DNA from: Marinicella sp.
GTDB lineage: Bacteria; Pseudomonadota; Gammaproteobacteria; Xanthomonadales; Marinicellaceae
Length of the DNA stretch: 64,000 nt
NCBI GenBank assembly: GCA_965230295.1
Contig: OZ246001.1
Coordinates: 3,264,001 to 3,328,000, forward strand
Reading direction: 5' to 3'
The translations under genes were made by a program, and so were the position numbers. The notes under the pieces are model-generated. The model saw nothing but the letters and a program-made list of their open reading frames with translations, did no database searches and had not been told where the DNA came from. This document shows, one piece after another, positions 60,057 to 64,000 of this stretch; the first letter of the stretch is position 1; each line of letters begins with the position of its first letter.

Positions 60057-61112
60057 TCAATTGTCATCATCAACCACCAACCCTTTGGCAATGGCACGTT
60101 GTCGCCATTTATCCCTGGCATGTTTTTGCATGTCTTTAACTTGATCGACTTCATCCATGATTTCAAGGCCCAACAAGGTTTCAACGACATCTTCCAGTGT
60201 TACCAAACCTGCGGTGTGGCCATATTCATCGACCACCAATGCGATGTGTTGTCTTTGATTCAACAACAATTCCAACAAGACTGGCATGGTGGTTGATTCA
60301 ATCACCGTGGGGATTTCCCTTTGTATGTCTTTCAGTGGCTTGTTTTCGCCATTGGCTTGGGCCAATAATATGTCTGTTTTCAGTACAAAGGCAGCGATGT
60401 CATCCATTTCTTCAGAGAACAATGGCATGCGCGAAAATTGGGATGTGGCTACGGTTTCAAAAACCGAGTCGACTTCTTCACTGTCAGCTAAACAAAACAT
60501 GACGTTGCGTGGGGTCATGATGTCTTTGGCATAAATGGCATTGAACGTGAATAAATTATCAATGATGCGCGATTCTTGTTCGTCAATGTGTCCAGTTCTG
60601 TGTCCCAGCCCAGCCATGGCGATGAATTCATCCCGATTGAAACCATGGTGACTTTTTCCTTTTGAAATCAATCGGGTAACCAATTCTGAAAGCCAAATTA
60701 TGGGGTATAAAATTTTGATTAAAAAAGACACAAAATAAGCCACAGGATTGGCCAAGCCTTTCCAATAGACCGCCCCTATGGTTTTAGGTATGATCTCTGA
60801 AAAAAACAGGATCAACACTGTGATGATGGCAGAAAATAAGCCAATCCAGGCATCGCCAAAGACATAGGTGGCTTTGGCCCCGGCCACAATGGCACCAACG
60901 GTATGTGCTATGGTGTTTAAGGTTAAAATGGCCGCCAAAGAACTGTCAATCTCTTGAAATCGCAAACGCTTGATCCTTTTGGCTTTTTTCTCATCTGATT
61001 GGATGAGATTTTCAATATATGAGGGTGTGATGCTGAGCAACACAGCCTCAGCAATGGAGCACAAAAATGAAAAAAACAACGCCCCAAAAACATACAACAG
61101 CAATAAAAGCAT
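60057..61112 (-). CDS. CNNM (DUF21)/CBS-domain membrane protein
   Basis: SFLCSIAEAVLLS, ILTLNTIAHT, SEIIPKT, IMTPR and VVDEYG...GLVTLEDVVE. Confidence 0.95.
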   Translation of the reverse strand: MLLLLLYVFGALFFSFLCSIAEAVLLSITPSYIENLIQSDEKKAKRIKRLRFQEIDSSLAAILTLNTIAHTVGAIVAGAKATYVFGDAWIGLFSAIITVLILFFSEIIPKTIGAVYWKGLANPVAYFVSFLIKILYPIIWLSELVTRLISKGKSHHGFNRDEFIAMAGLGHRTGHIDEQESRIIDNLFTFNAIYAKDIMTPRNVMFCLADSEEVDSVFETVATSQFSRMPLFSEEMDDIAAFVLKTDILLAQANGENKPLKDIQREIPTVIESTTMPVLLELLLNQRQHIALVVDEYGHTAGLVTLEDVVETLLGLEIMDEVDQVKDMQKHARDKWRQRAIAKGLVVDDDN

Positions 61113-61181
61113 AGTCAGTCAAATGTCAATTAGGATATATGTATGGACGCCGAAGCACTTTGGCAATGGCTAAATAAAACT

Positions 61182-61211
61182 AGTTGGCTTGAAAATCATT
61201 TCAAGCCAACT
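61182..61211 (-). terminator. Intrinsic terminator downstream of the aminopeptidase
   Basis: AGTTGGCTTGAAA-N4-TTTCAAGCCAACT followed by a T-rich tract on the minus strand. Confidence 0.8.
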
Positions 61212-61236
61212 TCTGTCGTGGTCTGCCAAGTTAGGA

Positions 61237-62805
61237 TTATTCAGATTCAAAATTGGTTTTGATGTAGTGGTTTAACAGGCGTATGCCAAATGATGATGAA
61301 CCAGGAGATGCTTTTAGTGGCGCCTCTTTGTCTCCCCAAGCCACCCCAGCAATGTCAAAATGAACCCAAGGGGTGCTATCTCTTACAAAGGTTCCAATGA
61401 AGGCAGCTCCGGCACTGGCACCAGGCGCATCAGGCCCTGAATTCATCACATCGGCCACTTTATTTTCAATGGCCTTGAAGTGGTTGTCATTCAATGGTAA
61501 CTGCCACACTTCTTCGCCACTTTCTTTGCCGGCTTTGATGAAATTGGCCACCAATTCATCATGACGGGTAAGCAAGCCCGCATAATCCTTGCCAAGAGCA
61601 CGTCCAACAGAACCCGTTAAAGTGGCTAAATCTACCAGCAGGGCAGGGTCGTATTTCACATCGCCATAATGAATGCCGTCGGCCAATACCAGTCGACCCT
61701 CAGCATCTGTGGAACGGATTTGGATGGTTTTGCCAGACATGGAAGTGACCACATCACCTGGACGTTGAGCGTTGGCTCCGGGCATATTTTCAGCCAATGC
61801 TGCGATGCCAACTGCGTTGACTTTGGCCTCACGCCCAGCCAAGGCATAGATGGTGCCGATGGTGCTGGCAGCACCTGACATGTCAAATTTCATGTTCCAC
61901 ATGTTGGGTGGGTTCTTTAAACTGATGCCACCGGTGTCAAAAGTGATGCCTTTACCAACAATGACAACGGGTGCATCACCTTTGCTGCCACCCATGTACT
62001 CAACGACCATCAAACGAGGAGGCCGTTGACTGCCACGTCCAACACCATAGAGCGCCCCCATGTTTTGTTGCAAAATGGCTTTTTCATCGTAAACTTTCAC
62101 AGTTAAGTTTTTCAGGCCTTTCAAGTGTTTGTTCCATTGAGAAACGAAACTTTCCGGGTAAATCACATTGGCCGGTTCATTGGACATGTTTCTGGCCAGC
62201 CAAACAGCGTTGGCAACGGGCTCAAGTTCATTGTTATAAAATTGTTCTGTTTTTGTGGCATTCTCGGAAACCAAGGTGAGATCAGACTGGCTTTTGTGGC
62301 GATCACTGTCGCTGTAATATTTGTCAAAATAATAACTTCCCAGTTTGGCCCCAAAAGCCAAATGGGCCATGATCTCTGAATTGTGTTCTGTATCAAAAAC
62401 CAGGGTGGGTACAGTTTTGAATGCTTTGATGGAGGCTTGTACAGCATCTCCAGCTATTTCTTGCCACTGTCGATTGGTTTTGCCCTCATCGCTGTTACCT
62501 AAACCAACCAACAGGATTTGTTCATAGCCAGATCCCATGGGTGCTGTAATGACTTGAGTTTTCATCATTTCAGCTGTAAATCCAGTGGCTTTGATGGCAT
62601 GGCTTAAAGCACCTTGGTTAGAGCTGTCTATGCTTGTGCCATGGGTGCCCAAAACACCATCTTCATAGACTCCTAACACCAAATTTCCTGCATCGGGCAA
62701 AGTTTCAGTGAAGTTGATTTTTGTGAAAGATGGGTCAGTTGCTGCAACAAGGGTGTTGGTTGTGATCAGCAATAAACTGATCAGAAATAGTGATCTGATG
62801 TTCAT
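61237..62805 (-). CDS. M17 leucyl aminopeptidase with signal peptide
   Basis: VGKGITFDTGG, MKFDMSGAA, TDAEGRLVLAD, ATLTG and HFDIAG. Confidence 0.95.
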   Translation of the reverse strand: MNIRSLFLISLLLITTNTLVAATDPSFTKINFTETLPDAGNLVLGVYEDGVLGTHGTSIDSSNQGALSHAIKATGFTAEMMKTQVITAPMGSGYEQILLVGLGNSDEGKTNRQWQEIAGDAVQASIKAFKTVPTLVFDTEHNSEIMAHLAFGAKLGSYYFDKYYSDSDRHKSQSDLTLVSENATKTEQFYNNELEPVANAVWLARNMSNEPANVIYPESFVSQWNKHLKGLKNLTVKVYDEKAILQQNMGALYGVGRGSQRPPRLMVVEYMGGSKGDAPVVIVGKGITFDTGGISLKNPPNMWNMKFDMSGAASTIGTIYALAGREAKVNAVGIAALAENMPGANAQRPGDVVTSMSGKTIQIRSTDAEGRLVLADGIHYGDVKYDPALLVDLATLTGSVGRALGKDYAGLLTRHDELVANFIKAGKESGEEVWQLPLNDNHFKAIENKVADVMNSGPDAPGASAGAAFIGTFVRDSTPWVHFDIAGVAWGDKEAPLKASPGSSSFGIRLLNHYIKTNFESE

Positions 62806-63060
62806 GATTTGAGGGGGTCCTGTTATTAATAAATGTCAGAAAATAATTTGAAATTACCTGTTAAATTGGCAGTTATTCTAATATCTAATCAATCAAAATT
62901 GCGTAGAAAATTTGTTATGTATGGGAAATGCACTGCCCGTGTTTGTTTGTACGAGGTGTTTTGAGAAGAGATTAAATCATGCCGGCGAACCAACCAATGA
63001 CACATTCGGCCACCCTTCAATCAATTTTTACGCAGTTGTTGTTATTATCAGGAGATGATG

Positions 63061-63540
63061 TCATTTTTGTTTGCTCAACCAACGCATTTGTAAAATGAGC
63101 ATGATCAAAAACACCACAAAGATGCCTAGAAATGTCTTATGTAACAGGGGGTCTTTTAAAGAGGATACCATGGGTGTATCCACAGGAAAACGGGTCAGAA
63201 TTTCTGTGGATGTTGGGATTAAGTGGAATAAGATGGTACTGGAATAACACAAGGCCATAAAATATTTGTTCCAGGATTTTAAGAAAACAGTTTTTTCGGT
63301 GATGACTCCAACAACAACGGCCAATAAAGTCAGGATACCCAAACCATGAGCCACATTAAAGCCACCATGCTTGAAAATAGTCAGAGATGAGGCTGCTGTG
63401 ATAACCGTAGCCCAGAGGTAAATTTTTCCGGTTAGCGGTTGAAAACTGATCTGTTTGTTTTGCCACAGTATTTTAAAACCACTGATCAAAGCGACTATGC
63501 CGACGACGGTATGCAAGATACCCATGTTGCTGAGTTCCAT
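63061..63540 (-). CDS. Hypothetical membrane protein (DUF2306-like)
   Basis: GILHT..G..AL, GKIY and H.LGILTL; several TM segments. Confidence 0.75.
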   Translation of the reverse strand: MELSNMGILHTVVGIVALISGFKILWQNKQISFQPLTGKIYLWATVITAASSLTIFKHGGFNVAHGLGILTLLAVVVGVITEKTVFLKSWNKYFMALCYSSTILFHLIPTSTEILTRFPVDTPMVSSLKDPLLHKTFLGIFVVFLIMLILQMRWLSKQK

Positions 63541-63745
63541 ATGATGCCCCTGTATCTGTGTTGGTAATGAATGTACCATCAGTGTATCTAACTAACCATT
63601 TGTTAACAATCTTTATTGTCATCATCAAGTTGGTCAGGATCTGTGGGCATAATTTGAAACGATTGATCCTTGAAGTATGTTTGGCATGATTATGTTTCAA
63701 ATGTAATTCACTTGGACAGTCAAAAACCTGTTTTATTGCTTTGGG

Positions 63746-64000
63746 TTACTCCCTTATCTCTGGATCTGTAGGGGCTTGATTGCGTTTTGCCAATTCTTGA
63801 CTGACCAATGATTTCTCCTTAATGGATAAAGTTTTGTAACCTCTGAAGTAAGGCCATCCATAAGCCCAGCGGAATCGGGTAGGCAAATAAGGTGTCCCTC
63901 CCACCCGGACACCAGCAAGCATCAATTCAGCAATCATCGGTTTACCCACTTTTGCCACACAAGTTTTTAGGTCTTGGTCTGCTTGATTTCTTTGCTCTGC
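63746..64000 (-). CDS. C-terminal part of a hypothetical protein (possibly phospholipase A2-like helical family), truncated by the window edge
   Basis: Frame open to the edge: AEQRNQADQDLKTCVAKVG...M.AGVRVGG.PY.PT.FRW.YGW. Confidence 0.65.
   Translation of the reverse strand, partial: AEQRNQADQDLKTCVAKVGKPMIAELMLAGVRVGGTPYLPTRFRWAYGWPYFRGYKTLSIKEKSLVSQELAKRNQAPTDPEIRE

Overview
A 64-kb bacterial chromosomal window, visibly AT-leaning. By inference it comes from a marine gammaproteobacterium, possibly Marinicella-like, based on the Na+-pumping oadGAB operon and secreted proteins ending in IFKDGFD. I recognised no rRNA, tRNA, CRISPR array, transposase or integrase. Coding content: two RND efflux modules; a beta-propeller/PAS/GGDEF/EAL sensor; a compact nine-gene type II fatty-acid-synthase-like operon (fabD, FabL-type enoyl reductase, fabH, fabA, fabZ, fabF/B, ACP, acyltransferase, PPTase; no fabG); a GntR/S41 peptidase/DUF418 module; a LytTR two-component system facing an SDR/NTT-like transporter operon; oadGAB; a secreted trypsin-like protease; a 1.65-kaa beta-helical surface protein; yghU; an OsmC-YcaO fusion; a PLP decarboxylase; proAB; and housekeeping genes. 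The most unusual signal is non-coding: a modular, structured intergenic element in four copies (17049-17494, ~20579-20778, 20824-21036, 42605-43140). The three closest copies share both ends but carry different numbers of hairpin cassettes, with covarying stems, a conserved GRT/GAA internal loop and c(GAA)g-type triloops; two copies also carry nested GGA-loop hairpins. One copy lies directly upstream of a HEPN-like gene. All family assignments come from motif recognition by eye; no searches were run.
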